Made by a program: the position numbers and the translations under genes
Notes under the pieces: generated by a model
What the model was told of the DNA's origin: nothing
Database searches by the model: none
Seen by the model: only the letters and a program-made list of their open reading frames with translations
Part shown: piece after piece, positions 26,860 through 37,331 of the stretch
Numbering within the stretch: the first letter of the stretch is position 1
Layout of the letters: every line of letters starts with the position of its first letter
NCBI GenBank assembly: GCA_012728655.1
Contig: JAAYEQ010000009.1
Location: 431-64,430 of the forward strand
DNA from: Syntrophomonadaceae bacterium
GTDB taxonomy: Bacteria > Bacillota > Syntrophomonadia > Syntrophomonadales > DTU052
Length of the DNA stretch: 64,000 nucleotides
Direction of reading: 5' to 3'

Positions 26860-27711
26860 TTACTGTTCAGTGCAGTAAACCACTCCCACCGCGCCGGGAC
26901 CGACATGGGCTCCGATCACCGGGCCGATGGAAAGCAGGGGCACCTCCCGGTTATACAAACTGGCGAGCCTGGCGGCAATATCCCGGCCGTGTTCCTCATC
27001 GTTTATGTGATGAACCAGCAGGTGTTTCAGACCATAGGTCTTTACGTCATTATGTAATTGGGCGAAGATTTTCTCGACCGCCTTGCGGGTGCCTCTGACC
27101 TTGGCAAAAACATCGGTAACCCCGTTGTTTACGTAAAGAATCGGTCTGATTTGCAGCACCGAACCGATAAGGGCAGCCGCTCCTCCGATCCTGCCCCCTT
27201 TTATCAGGTAATCCAGGGTGGCCGGCACAAAATAGAAACGCACTCTATTGCGGACATGGTTGGCAATCGCCATCACTTCTTCCATGGTCTTGCCCGCCAG
27301 CGCCGCCCAGGCCGCTTCAATCACCTGCAGCCCCAGGGCCATGCAGTTGGTTTTCGAATCCATGACCTCGATCCGCGAATCGGGGTACTCCTCCCGGATG
27401 ATGTCCCTGGCGGTCAATGCCGATTCATAGGTGCCGCTCATCTGGGCGGAAATAAATATGCCCAGGACCTCATCCCCGGCGGCAACAATCTTCCTGAAGA
27501 CTTCACAGATCTGGCCTATGGTTGGCTGTGATGAGGTAGGAATCACATTGTCCTGTTCTATCTTCTTGTAAAACCCCTCATACTCGATTTCGGTCTCATC
27601 ATAAGAGACCTCCGGAAAATGAACGCTCAGATTAACAACCTTTATATCCAGTTCGTCCCTGGTGGCTTGATCGATGTAAGATGTGCTATCTGTGACCAGC
27701 TTGACGGCCAT
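26860..27711 (-). CDS. DegV family fatty-acid-binding protein
   Basis: MAVKLVTDSTSYIDQ...VVNLSV and SAQMSGTYESA are DegV signatures. Confidence 0.88.
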   Translation of the reverse strand: MAVKLVTDSTSYIDQATRDELDIKVVNLSVHFPEVSYDETEIEYEGFYKKIEQDNVIPTSSQPTIGQICEVFRKIVAAGDEVLGIFISAQMSGTYESALTARDIIREEYPDSRIEVMDSKTNCMALGLQVIEAAWAALAGKTMEEVMAIANHVRNRVRFYFVPATLDYLIKGGRIGGAAALIGSVLQIRPILYVNNGVTDVFAKVRGTRKAVEKIFAQLHNDVKTYGLKHLLVHHINDEEHGRDIAARLASLYNREVPLLSIGPVIGAHVGPGAVGVVYCTEQ

Positions 27712-27875
27712 ACTCTCCCCCCTAAAGTATTAGTGGTCATGCAAAACCAGGAATTTGGGGGGAAACAACTAAACTGCTGCAATACGGCTGTGACGACAGT
27801 CCCCACCCCAATCAACACTCTATAATTCTACGTTAACAGCTATTAAACTGCAAAGCATATTTATCGGTTCCTTGT

Positions 27876-30194
27876 TTACCCGGTGACCGCGGCCGGCCGG
27901 GTTTCGCTTTTCTCTCTCAGTAGTCTCATCCCGTTCAGCGTAACCAGGAGCGAGCTGCCCGTATCCGCAATCACTGCCAGCCACAGAGTCAGCCATCCGG
28001 GAATGACCATCAGGAAAATGATCCCTTTTATCAACAAGGCCAGAACGATGTTCTGTTTGATAATACCAATGGTTTTCCGGCTCAATCTGACGGCAAAGGA
28101 GAGCTTGGATAAGTCATCGGCCATCAGGGCAATATCCGCGGTTTCCAGAGCGGTGTCGGTTCCCGCGGTTCCCATGGCTATGCCCACGGTGGATAATGCC
28201 ATCGCCGGAGCATCATTAATCCCGTCACCCACCATGGCTACCTTCCCGTATTCAGCGAGCAGTTCCTTGACCACAGCCACCTTGTCTTCCGGCAATAACT
28301 CGGCGCGGAAATCATCCATCCCCGCTTGTGAGGCTATGGTCCGGGCCGTGTTTTCATTGTCACCGGTCAGCATAACCACACGCCGAATTCCGGATTCTTT
28401 CAAGCTTTTAACCGACTCCCGGGAATTGTCGCGCAGCACGTCGGCCAATGCTATTACACCCAGAATGCTCTTGTCGTCTCCCAGCAGCATTACCGTCTTG
28501 CCTTCGCCCTGCAGCCGCCCCAGGTCCTCCTCCACCTGCGCAATATCTACGGCTTGTTCCATATAGAACCGGGGACTGCCAATCCGGTATTGCTTTTCCC
28601 CGATAATGGCCCGAACCCCTTTTCCCGGCACCGCTTCGAAATCCGATGCCGCGGGAACGTCAACCCCTTGTTCCCGGGCATACTCGACAATCGCCACCCC
28701 CAGAGGGTGTTCCGAACGTTTCTCGATCGCCGCCGCCAATGCCAACACTTCCTGTTCGGAATGATCGCCCCGGGGAATAATGTCCGTCACCCTGGGCTTG
28801 CCCTCGGTCAGGGTGCCGGTCTTATCAAAAGCCACCACGGCCAGAGAACCGGCTTCTTCCAGGTGTACGCCCCCTTTAAACAGGACCCCGTTCCTGGCTG
28901 CGCTGCCAATAGCCGATACAATGGAAACCGGTGTTGACAGCACCAAGGCGCAGGGACACGCCACCAGCAAAAGGGCCATGGCCTGATAAAACCACTTGAC
29001 GAAAGGCTGTCCCAGAGCCAGGGGCGGCACCGTCGCCACCAGAGCCGCAGCCAATATAACCACCGGGGTATAGTGTTTGGCAAACCTGTCGATAAAATGC
29101 TGTGATGGCGCCCGCTGCGCTTGAGCCTCCTCCACCATGTGGATTATCCGGGATATGGTGTTGTCCCTGGCCTTGCGGGTCACCTCAATCTCCAGGGAAC
29201 CGTGTCCGTTGATAGTCCCTGCAAAAACCGCATCTCCCGGTTTTTTCTCCACCGGGATGGATTCGCCGGTGATAGGAGCCTGGTTTACGGTGGAATAACC
29301 CGCAGACACCCGGCCATCCATGGCAATCCTTTCTCCCGGCCTGACAATGATAACATCACCGACAAGAATCTCCTCCACCGGAAGCATGACTTCTTCGTTT
29401 CCGCGTCGAACCAGAGCCTGAGCCGGCGTGATTTCCATTAATTCCCTGATGGAATTCCTGGTTTTATCCAAGGTATATCCCTGCAGGGCATTGCCCAGTG
29501 AGAAAAGAAAAACCACTACTGCCGCTTCTTCGAATTCGCCGATAATCGAAGCGCCAATGACTGCAATGGTCATTAGCATGTTCATATCAAATTCCCGGGT
29601 GTTGATGAGCACCGACAGGCCGTTTTTGGCCATCAGGTAGCCCCCCATCAAAACCCCGGCCAAAAACAGCCCGTTAACGACTGTTTCCGGTAATCCCAGG
29701 CCATATCGCGCCAGAAAGCCCAGAACCAGCATGGTAAATGAAATCATCGTGGGCCTGACATATTGATTGGTTTCCCAGAAAGATGCCGGTTCTTCTCGTA
29801 CATTCCTCTCCTGAATTCCGCTTCCGCAGCATACGGGAGCCGTTTCCACTCCCGCCAATGGAGGAAGCTGTGCCTCCAGACAGGCTGCACATTCCGCACA
29901 GTCCATACCGGCCATACTAAATTCTGTGGTCGTCAATCCCCTTTTTTCCTCTTGATAATCACCGGCCTGGTAGCCCAGTTCCTTTACCTTCGCCACCACA
30001 TCATGAACGGCGATCCGTTCGGGGTTGTACTCCACACTGAGCCTACCCGCAGGAAAGGCTACGGTCGCGGAAATAACCCCCGGCATGCGCCGAACCGCCT
30101 TTTCCACTTTAGCGGCACAGTCCGGGCAGTCCATGCCGAAGACTGATATTTTGGCTGACTGCTTTGATACCTCTTTTACTGCTGCCTCGGCCAT
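27876..30194 (-). CDS. cadA: heavy-metal translocating P1B-2-type ATPase (Zn/Cd/Pb-type)
   Basis: Two HMA domains (GMDCPDCA, GMDCAECA), CPC in TM6 (ACPCALVLSTP), DKTGTLT, GDGINDAP, and TM8 ADTGSSLLVTLNGMRLL, which is typical for P1B-2. Confidence 0.9.
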   Translation of the reverse strand: MAEAAVKEVSKQSAKISVFGMDCPDCAAKVEKAVRRMPGVISATVAFPAGRLSVEYNPERIAVHDVVAKVKELGYQAGDYQEEKRGLTTTEFSMAGMDCAECAACLEAQLPPLAGVETAPVCCGSGIQERNVREEPASFWETNQYVRPTMISFTMLVLGFLARYGLGLPETVVNGLFLAGVLMGGYLMAKNGLSVLINTREFDMNMLMTIAVIGASIIGEFEEAAVVVFLFSLGNALQGYTLDKTRNSIRELMEITPAQALVRRGNEEVMLPVEEILVGDVIIVRPGERIAMDGRVSAGYSTVNQAPITGESIPVEKKPGDAVFAGTINGHGSLEIEVTRKARDNTISRIIHMVEEAQAQRAPSQHFIDRFAKHYTPVVILAAALVATVPPLALGQPFVKWFYQAMALLLVACPCALVLSTPVSIVSAIGSAARNGVLFKGGVHLEEAGSLAVVAFDKTGTLTEGKPRVTDIIPRGDHSEQEVLALAAAIEKRSEHPLGVAIVEYAREQGVDVPAASDFEAVPGKGVRAIIGEKQYRIGSPRFYMEQAVDIAQVEEDLGRLQGEGKTVMLLGDDKSILGVIALADVLRDNSRESVKSLKESGIRRVVMLTGDNENTARTIASQAGMDDFRAELLPEDKVAVVKELLAEYGKVAMVGDGINDAPAMALSTVGIAMGTAGTDTALETADIALMADDLSKLSFAVRLSRKTIGIIKQNIVLALLIKGIIFLMVIPGWLTLWLAVIADTGSSLLVTLNGMRLLREKSETRPAAVTG

Positions 30195-30217
30195 ATCCCA
30201 TCCCTCTTCCTGTCAAT

Positions 30218-30580
30218 CTATTCGGTAACATGCTCCAATCCCCTTGCAAACAACTCTTCAATATGGCTGTCGTCCAGAGAATAATAGACGTTCTTGCCCT
30301 CGCGGCGGAATTTGACCAGTTTCTGCGCACGCAGGAGGCGCAATTGGTGGGAGACTGCCGACTCGGACATTCCGACTACGGCCGCCAGGTCACAGACGCA
30401 CAGTTCCCGGGTAAGCAGCGCAAACAAGATCTTTACCCTGGTTGGATCCCCCAGGGCTTTGAACAGTTCCGCCAGCGATGCCGCCACATCCTCACCCAGC
30501 ATCACCCGTCGTACTTCCCTGACCGCATCCTCATGAACGCAATTGACCTCGCACCTGATAAACTCCTCACTCACTGTCAT
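30218..30580 (-). CDS. ArsR/SmtB family metalloregulator (CadC-like)
   Basis: LGDPTRVKILFAL..ELCVCDLAAVVGMSESAVSHQLRLLR. Immediately upstream of the ATPase. Confidence 0.88.
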   Translation of the reverse strand: MTVSEEFIRCEVNCVHEDAVREVRRVMLGEDVAASLAELFKALGDPTRVKILFALLTRELCVCDLAAVVGMSESAVSHQLRLLRAQKLVKFRREGKNVYYSLDDSHIEELFARGLEHVTE

Positions 30581-30897
30581 TCCTCCATTACGAGTGCAAA
30601 CGAACTCGGCTTCACCATGAAAACCCGAATCCGCTTATGGTACTCATTAAATAAAACATTTGATCATTTGTTCAGATATAATTTTATAGTACACCCCTTA
30701 TTTTCGTCCAGAATTATTTTCCCGGAAACGCAGGTCATTTGGCTTCCTGGACCGTGTGTGCACGGAGCCTGCGATACCGGGTTTTTGTAAACGGTTCAGA
30801 TCAAACACTTTCCAAGCCGGTCAGATGATTCCCCGTTTCAATCGAACTCATTGATGTGTTCCCTACTATCCTGATGATTCCACGTTCCAATTGGGGC

Positions 30898-31413
30898 CTA
30901 GTGATGTGTTCCCTCCACCACGCGGATGCCTTTAGCCTCGATGCTCGATTTAATCTGTGTCCGGTGAGGGCATTTGGGGTAATCCCCTTCCAGCATCATG
31001 CACGACGACAGGTGCACCACATCCAGATCGTGATCCACCAGCTTTTCCACCAGGCGCGATACCCTTCTCCCCGGACAGCCCCCACAGGTGAAAAAGCCGA
31101 TTATCTCAGTGTTGTTGCCATAGGTTGAGAAATGGCAGTGCCTTTCGTGGAACGCCCGGAAACATGCAACCCCCGGGCAGACCTCGGCCACGATATCGCA
31201 CCGCACCACAGCAATTCTGGTCGGTCGTTCCCCGGGCGGCTTCTGTTTCTCAATAAATGACAGGTGACGTTCCCTGCCCGCCCGGACATCCTCAACTGTA
31301 ACCTCATCTCTCCCGCTCTTGCGCACCTGCTCCTCTACCGCTCTTCTTGCCATGCGCAGCACAAAGGCCGGTACCTTTTTAAGTTCTTCTTCTGCTTCCA
31401 CAGTCCACTTCAT
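30898..31413 (-). CDS. CGGC domain-containing protein with N-terminal PCP-reductase-like helical domain
   Basis: FFTCGGCPGRRVSRL (CGGC motif). N-terminus WTVEAEEELKKVPAFVLRMARRAVEE. Confidence 0.7.
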   Translation of the reverse strand: MKWTVEAEEELKKVPAFVLRMARRAVEEQVRKSGRDEVTVEDVRAGRERHLSFIEKQKPPGERPTRIAVVRCDIVAEVCPGVACFRAFHERHCHFSTYGNNTEIIGFFTCGGCPGRRVSRLVEKLVDHDLDVVHLSSCMMLEGDYPKCPHRTQIKSSIEAKGIRVVEGTHH

Positions 31414-31631
31414 TGTTTTATCACCTCCGGTCTATTTGACAGCACTTAAGGGAAAAATATTTTGATAATATAGATGTATTTAATCCTATTTTAATTCAGC
31501 CCGCAGCCGGTGACAACAACTGTTTTATTACCGCAGGGTTACATACTCACTTAGGGGAGGAACGGCAGATACCCCTGTCGAAGATTTGTATTAGCTGTAA
31601 CCACATATATAAACAGGAAAGGTGTGATTTT

Positions 31632-32012
31632 TTGCCACGACTCGAACAGACAACAAAGGATACCGCCCCCGTGAAATCACCGGTGATAACAGTTCAGCGC
31701 TCTACCGTCTTGGCGGCCCTAGCCGCCTGGCTCCTTCTGGTGATTGGGGGTTACTATGTCGGCAAACTATACATAGACCGTTCCATCCAGTCGGTGCAAC
31801 AAGCCAACGCAATTCACATCCAGACCATGCAAAACCAGCTTGATTCCATGGCCTCTGCCATAGAGGAGATTGAACTGGCTCTGAGCAACGCCGATCAAGC
31901 CCTGGCCACCTCGGGCACCACCCAGGAAAACCTGAACCAGAAGATCGAAGCCCTTGATAAACAACTGCAACTGCTGGCGGAAAGCCTGGCGGTACTGAAA
32001 GAGGCACCATAA
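31632..32012 (+). CDS. hypothetical membrane-anchored coiled-coil protein
   Basis: One TM segment (VLAALAAWLLLVIGGYYV) followed by a heptad-like Q/L-rich region. Stop abuts the start of the next gene (TAAATG). No recognisable family. Confidence 0.45.
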   Translation: MPRLEQTTKDTAPVKSPVITVQRSTVLAALAAWLLLVIGGYYVGKLYIDRSIQSVQQANAIHIQTMQNQLDSMASAIEEIELALSNADQALATSGTTQENLNQKIEALDKQLQLLAESLAVLKEAP

Positions 32013-33071
32013 ATGCGGCAGGCGTTCTATTTGCTCATAATTACTCTATTCTTGTTGGCTCCATTTTTGGGGCCGGCGGCATGCTTGATCGGGTTTGACA
32101 AAAAGGTGCAGGCCCTGGCCCTTCCGGTTCAGGACATAAACAATGAAGTTAATTCTCTGGGTGAAGACCTTTTTGCCCTGCGCGACCGGGCTGCGGCAAT
32201 GAGTGATACCATCATCGAACAGGAGAAGGAGTACCAGGAGCAGCAGAGAATACTCCAGGAATTGGCCGCCCGCAGCCATGAGTACAAACAGGATTCGGAT
32301 CAGATTTATGAAGAACGAATCCTGGCCATGCTGGGGCCGCCGATAGACAGCTACCGTTCAGACCGGGTGGAAATCAAGGTATTTAAGCTGGATGAACTGG
32401 GATACCGCGGGTACATAGCCAAGGTTAAACTGTTTGATCCCCGGGCGCTTAAGGTAGTCCTCGGTAAAGATACTCTTGGGCAGACCGAAACCACCAGCAG
32501 TGCCGTCGCGCGCACCGGTGCTATTCTGGGGATTAACGGCGGAGGGTTCTATTCGTCGGTTCAAGGCGGGAAGACCCGCATCATGCCCATCGGCAACACC
32601 ATAATTGACGGTAAGCTGGTCAATCGCGATTTCAGCCCCTCCAACGGCGAGGTCTTCTTTGCCGGGATCGACCGGAACGGGAAAATGATCGGGGGCAGGT
32701 TTTATGATAAGGCGAGTCTCATGAGCCTCAACCCCTGGCAGGGGGTAAGTTTCCTGCCCATCCTTATAAAAAATGGACAGCCGCTGCCGGTTCCCAAGGA
32801 GTGGGAGACCACCAAACAGCCGCGCACCATCATTGGTGAGTATGCCAACGGTGATTTCATAATGATTGTCGTGGATGGGCGCCAATCGGATTGGAGTTCG
32901 GGGGTGACCCTGGAACGATTGCAGATAAAACTGGCCGAACTTGGAGTGAAGGAAGGTTACAACCTGGATGGAGGAGGCTCCAGTACCTTTGTTTTTCGGG
33001 GCAAGGTTTTAAATCGTCCTTCAGACGGTAAGGAGCGCCCCGTAGCCACGAATATAGTAATTCTTCCTTGA
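32013..33071 (+). CDS. phosphodiester glycosidase family protein (DUF2233/NAGPA-like)
   Basis: GINGGGF and YNLDGGGSSTF motifs. N-terminal signal/TM segment and coiled-coil. Confidence 0.8.
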   Translation: MRQAFYLLIITLFLLAPFLGPAACLIGFDKKVQALALPVQDINNEVNSLGEDLFALRDRAAAMSDTIIEQEKEYQEQQRILQELAARSHEYKQDSDQIYEERILAMLGPPIDSYRSDRVEIKVFKLDELGYRGYIAKVKLFDPRALKVVLGKDTLGQTETTSSAVARTGAILGINGGGFYSSVQGGKTRIMPIGNTIIDGKLVNRDFSPSNGEVFFAGIDRNGKMIGGRFYDKASLMSLNPWQGVSFLPILIKNGQPLPVPKEWETTKQPRTIIGEYANGDFIMIVVDGRQSDWSSGVTLERLQIKLAELGVKEGYNLDGGGSSTFVFRGKVLNRPSDGKERPVATNIVILP

Positions 33072-33124
33072 GTGTTGCTCGCCGGATTATTTATAGTAAC
33101 CCGGTTTTCAGATATTAATGATTC

Positions 33125-33160
33125 AGGACAGGATGGATCGTCCTGTCCTTCTCTTTCCTT
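33125..33160 (+). terminator. probable terminator between convergent genes
   Basis: 9-bp stem AGGACAGGA/TCCTGTCCT (33125-33133 with 33141-33149) followed by a T/C-rich tract. Confidence 0.45.
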
Positions 33161-33164
33161 TCCC

Positions 33165-34355
33165 TTATTCATAACGGAGCGCTTCAATGGGGTCCTGCTT
33201 GGCGGCGCGGTTGGCGGGGTAGATGCCAAAGAATACACCCACGGCGATGGAGAATAACAGAGCCAGGATAATGGTCCCGAAGGATATGACGGCTGGAATC
33301 TTCATGGCCATGCAAACAACCGCGGAAATCCCCACTCCCAGAACAACCCCGACGAGACCGCCGGTCACACTTAAAACTACCGATTCGAGCAGGAACTGCC
33401 TCATTATATCCTCTCTTCTCGCTCCCACGGCCATTCTTACACCGATCTCCCGTGTCCTTTCCGTTACCGAAACCAGCATTATGTTCATGATGCCGATACC
33501 CCCTACCAGAAGCGATATCCCGGCAATGGCCCCAATTATCATGGTGATGATGGCCAGGACCTGATCAACGGCTTCCATCTGCTGGCTCAAGGTAACAAAC
33601 TGGTAGACATTCGAATCCTTTACCTGGTGACGTACTTCCAGTACCCTGATAGCTTTGCGGGCGGATTCCTCCACCAGGTCTTTGTGGGCGGCACTTCCGT
33701 ATATCTGGTTAATGCTTTCTTCACTGTCGAACAGCTCGAAATGCAGTTTAATCGGCATATACACCATCGGGCTCTCCGGTCCGAACATCCCCGAACCGGA
33801 CTCGGCTACCCCACAGACCACCACTGACACCTGTTGGATCTTGAGCTTCTTGCCCACCGCCATTCGAGCAGAACCAAACAACTCCTCTGCCAGTCTACGA
33901 TTGATGACTGCCACCCGTCGGCTCACGGCGTTATCAATTGAACTGAAAAAGCGGCCTTCGGCCATCCTTATATTTTGGATTCTGTTGTAATCGCTGTCGG
34001 TTCCGTAGACGTATGCCGATTCCTTCCGCGGTGAAGCTTCTACCACCGCGTAGCCATATACCAGCGGAGACAGGGCTTCAATGCTTTCAACCGATTCCTC
34101 AATGGCCCGGCAGTCCTCGAGGGTGATGCGGTATTTTTCATAGTCGTCATCGGTTGAACCGATATACACGCCAAATATATTGGTCCCGATTCCCTCCATC
34201 TCTCTCAGGATGCGGGCCTTTCCCCCCTGTCCTATCGATACCACCATTATGACCGACATGACACCAATGATGATACCCAGCACAGTAAGAGCCGACCGCA
34301 TTCGGTTGGCCCATATATTCTCCATGGCCATTTTAATCATTTCCCAGAAGTTCAA
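33165..34355 (-). CDS. MacB-like ABC transporter permease (FtsX-type)
   Basis: MacB-type N-terminal TM segment with a large extracytoplasmic domain, and a C-terminal FtsX-like 3-TM module (REIGVRMAVGARREDI). Confidence 0.88.
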   Translation of the reverse strand: MNFWEMIKMAMENIWANRMRSALTVLGIIIGVMSVIMVVSIGQGGKARILREMEGIGTNIFGVYIGSTDDDYEKYRITLEDCRAIEESVESIEALSPLVYGYAVVEASPRKESAYVYGTDSDYNRIQNIRMAEGRFFSSIDNAVSRRVAVINRRLAEELFGSARMAVGKKLKIQQVSVVVCGVAESGSGMFGPESPMVYMPIKLHFELFDSEESINQIYGSAAHKDLVEESARKAIRVLEVRHQVKDSNVYQFVTLSQQMEAVDQVLAIITMIIGAIAGISLLVGGIGIMNIMLVSVTERTREIGVRMAVGARREDIMRQFLLESVVLSVTGGLVGVVLGVGISAVVCMAMKIPAVISFGTIILALLFSIAVGVFFGIYPANRAAKQDPIEALRYE

Positions 34356-34366
34356 CGGCTGTCCTC

Positions 34367-35089
34367 CTACTGTTGACTGTTCTCCCGCAAAGTCTTTTCG
34401 GCCTGCACCGGTTCCGCGATCACTTCCGTTCTGACCAGGCGGCCGTCCCGAAAATGAACCACCCGCTGGGCATGGCGCGAAATCTCATGCTCATGGGTAA
34501 CCAGGATAACCGTGGCACCCTGGCGGTTCAGTCCCTGGATAATGGCCATTATTTCCAACCCGGAACGGGTATCAAGGTTTCCGGTGGGTTCATCGGCCAG
34601 GATAATGTCGGGATCATTTACCAGGGCCCGGGCTATGGCCACCCGCTGCCGCTGGCCCCCCGACAGTTCGTTGGGGCGGTGAAGGGCGTGATCCGCAAGT
34701 CCCACCTTCTCCAACGCCTCCCAGGCCCGCTTTCGTCTTTCACGGGGACCGACTCCCGAATAAAGCATAGGGACTTCAACATTGCGCAGAGCATCCATGC
34801 GCGGCAGAAGATTAAAGGTCTGAAAAACAAAACCGATTTTTCGGTTGCGGATATGAGCCAGTTCGTTCTCATCCAGGGTGTTGATGGGGATTCCCTCCAG
34901 ATGGTAGCTCCCGGAGGTGGCTCGGTCCAGACAGCCAAGAATATTCAAAAGCGTGGATTTCCCCGAGCCCGATGGTCCCATCACCGCCAGGAATTCACCT
35001 TTCCGTACCTCCAGGTTCACATCGGTGAGAGCCTGCACTCTTACAATCCCGGTATCATATACTTTGGTCAGGTGCTCAACTCTAATCAT
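34367..35089 (-). CDS. ABC transporter ATP-binding protein (MacB/LolD-like)
   Basis: Walker [10 protein letters not shown], signature LSGGQRQR, Walker [12 protein letters not shown]. Confidence 0.92.
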   Translation of the reverse strand: MIRVEHLTKVYDTGIVRVQALTDVNLEVRKGEFLAVMGPSGSGKSTLLNILGCLDRATSGSYHLEGIPINTLDENELAHIRNRKIGFVFQTFNLLPRMDALRNVEVPMLYSGVGPRERRKRAWEALEKVGLADHALHRPNELSGGQRQRVAIARALVNDPDIILADEPTGNLDTRSGLEIMAIIQGLNRQGATVILVTHEHEISRHAQRVVHFRDGRLVRTEVIAEPVQAEKTLRENSQQ

Positions 35090-36351
35090 AGGATTTTAAC
35101 CCTGCTGCCTTCTTTGAGATTCTGCGGCGGCTCGAGTACCACCGTATCCCCCTTCTTGAGTCCGCTCTTTACCTGGATATTGAAGTTGTCGTACATGCCG
35201 GTTTCCACCTTCTGCAGGTGGGCAACATTGTCCCTGACCACATAAACGCACGGCTCATCGTCTATCTCAATCAGGGCTTCATACGGAATGACGAGAGCCT
35301 TCTCCTCAACCCGGGTGGTAATCTCCAGGTCCACATTGTAACCCGGCCGCAGAGGAGTCCCGGGGGGCAGGGATATTGTTACCGGCAGGGCCGAGGTCTC
35401 TGCCTCTTTCCTTACCTGATTGGTGGTCTCCAGGCCCACCCCGGTTATCTGTCCGATGAAGCGCTCGTCGGGAATGGCATTGCTCGTGATCACCGCGCTC
35501 TGTCCGGTTTTGACGTACAGAGCATCGGCTTCGTTAATTTCGGCGACAATCTCCAGATGGTCGATGCTGCCAACAGTTATCAGGATGGTATTGGGCATGA
35601 TCATGTCCCCCTCCCGGACTCCGAGGGACAATACCCGGCCGGATCTCTCCGCTTTCAATCCTGCCTGTCCCATCTGGGTCTCCAGGAGTGCCAGACTGGC
35701 ACGAGCGCTCTCAACCGCCGCTTCCAGCCCCTGGAGTGCAGCCGATGCACTGGCCCGGGCCGCTTCCAGCACGGCTGCGGCTTTTCGAAAACGGTTTTCC
35801 GCCGCCGTATATTGTGACTCGATCTCCTGAAGAGTCTCCAGTGATATGGCACCTTCCCGGTAAAGCACCTGATTGCGCTTGAGCCGCTCCTCGGCCAGAC
35901 GGTAACCGGCTTCGGCTTCAGCATAAGCCGCTTCGGCATCGATCAAGTCCAGGCTTTTCCCGCTCGCCCTGGCCTTGGCCAGATCCGCCTCCGCTCGAGC
36001 CAGGGTCGCTCGGGCCTGGGCCAGCCGCTGAGGTCCGTCAGGGATGTCCAGTTCCATCAGGAGTTGACCGTGCTGAATCTCCTGCCCCGGCTTCACATGA
36101 ATCTTCTTTACGGTGCCGGTAACCTGGCTGTAGATCACACTCTTGTCAACTGCCACCACTCTCCCGGAAGCCAGAACCGTCTGCTCCATTTTTTGCTCCG
36201 TTACCCTAGCTGTCCGCACCTTTATAACGTCCCGGTTCATCACCCGGAAGACGTTCAGTACCACCACCAGGACAACCAGCAATAAGATTCCGCCGATGAC
36301 AAGATTTCTTCTGGTAAATATCCGCTTGCGGTTGTCTGCTGAATCTGCCAA
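35086..36351 (-). CDS. efflux transporter periplasmic adaptor (HlyD/MacA family)
   Basis: N-terminal TM segment, an Ala-rich coiled-coil hairpin and beta-barrel regions. Overlaps the ABC ATPase start by 4 nt. Confidence 0.85.
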   Translation of the reverse strand: MADSADNRKRIFTRRNLVIGGILLLVVLVVVLNVFRVMNRDVIKVRTARVTEQKMEQTVLASGRVVAVDKSVIYSQVTGTVKKIHVKPGQEIQHGQLLMELDIPDGPQRLAQARATLARAEADLAKARASGKSLDLIDAEAAYAEAEAGYRLAEERLKRNQVLYREGAISLETLQEIESQYTAAENRFRKAAAVLEAARASASAALQGLEAAVESARASLALLETQMGQAGLKAERSGRVLSLGVREGDMIMPNTILITVGSIDHLEIVAEINEADALYVKTGQSAVITSNAIPDERFIGQITGVGLETTNQVRKEAETSALPVTISLPPGTPLRPGYNVDLEITTRVEEKALVIPYEALIEIDDEPCVYVVRDNVAHLQKVETGMYDNFNIQVKSGLKKGDTVVLEPPQNLKEGSRVKIL

Positions 36352-36521
36352 TTCAATTACTCCTCTTTCAGCGTATATTAGGTCTTACCTTTCCAGGCTT
36401 GTTCCGTTCCACCTTGAGCCGCCTGGAGCAAATGTGCTGCGACACGACACTGCCCGGCAGGCCAGATGCGTTGAGCCGGGGCATCTCGCCGCCCGGTCAA
36501 TCACCGAATGGCGTCGGATAC

Positions 36522-37223
36522 CTACATACCCGCGAGGTTTCCAAATTTCGAGCTCAAATAAGCCACTATGACGATGTAAACCAGCCAGATCCCGAAAATA
36601 TAGGGAGCGGTGTTCTTAAATTCCTTTTTCATAACCACGGCGCCTCCCAGTGCAAGCAGAACCAGTCCCCAGATGGTAAAGAAGTCCATCTTGGAAAGCA
36701 TAAGAAACCAGAAACCGGATTCGATTGATGGAGGCAAAAACAATGCCAGGCTGGTTTTTATGCTCATCATTAAATCGATACCGCCGATCTTCACCAGCAC
36801 GCTCTTGATAGCACTTCCCAAAAAAGGCGGTATCCAGGCAAAAAAAGATACCGCATAGAGTTGCTTAAACGTGGCCTCACCCACCGTGAATTGTTTAACC
36901 AGCCACAGGAGTACCGCCTGAACCAACCAGATCAGAGGCGGCAAAAAGGCCGCTCCTGCAATTACGCTTACCTTGGTCCAGGTCAGCGTGGCGTTCAGCA
37001 TATCAGCGGTAAGGGTTTCACCGGTGCTTTCCAGTACCGATTTGGTATAGGCAAGGGTCTCCGGTATGATCAGCCAGGCCAGCAATACATCAACTGCAAT
37101 CACCAGCAATGCCGGTGCCAGTATCCGGGGGTCCTCCCCAATCAGTCTAAACGTCGGGGCAGGACTAACAATTACTCCCCATAGCTTTCTTCCAGCGTTC
37201 AGTTTTTGATCGTCCAAAATCAA
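36522..37223 (-). CDS. YIP1 family membrane protein
   Basis: Five predicted TM helices with a Yip1-like N-terminus (WGVIVSPAPTFRLIGEDPRILAPALLV). Confidence 0.65.
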   Translation of the reverse strand: MILDDQKLNAGRKLWGVIVSPAPTFRLIGEDPRILAPALLVIAVDVLLAWLIIPETLAYTKSVLESTGETLTADMLNATLTWTKVSVIAGAAFLPPLIWLVQAVLLWLVKQFTVGEATFKQLYAVSFFAWIPPFLGSAIKSVLVKIGGIDLMMSIKTSLALFLPPSIESGFWFLMLSKMDFFTIWGLVLLALGGAVVMKKEFKNTAPYIFGIWLVYIVIVAYLSSKFGNLAGM

Positions 37224-37331
37224 CCCTCCTTCCCCAACTAGTATTAGGTATTCGGTATCGGTTCTGTGGTTCCTTCATGAAATATGCTTTTTCCAGTACA
37301 TAACAACTGCTTTTGGAAGCAAACTAAAGGT

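Noticed and set aside
30655-30672. ArsR/CadC operator call at AACATTTGATCATTTGTT upstream of the arsR-like gene
   Set aside because: It is only an imperfect inverted repeat (AACA-nnT-GATC-Ann-TGTT). It is in a plausible position, but I cannot support it as a 12-2-12 SmtB/CadC-type operator without comparison.
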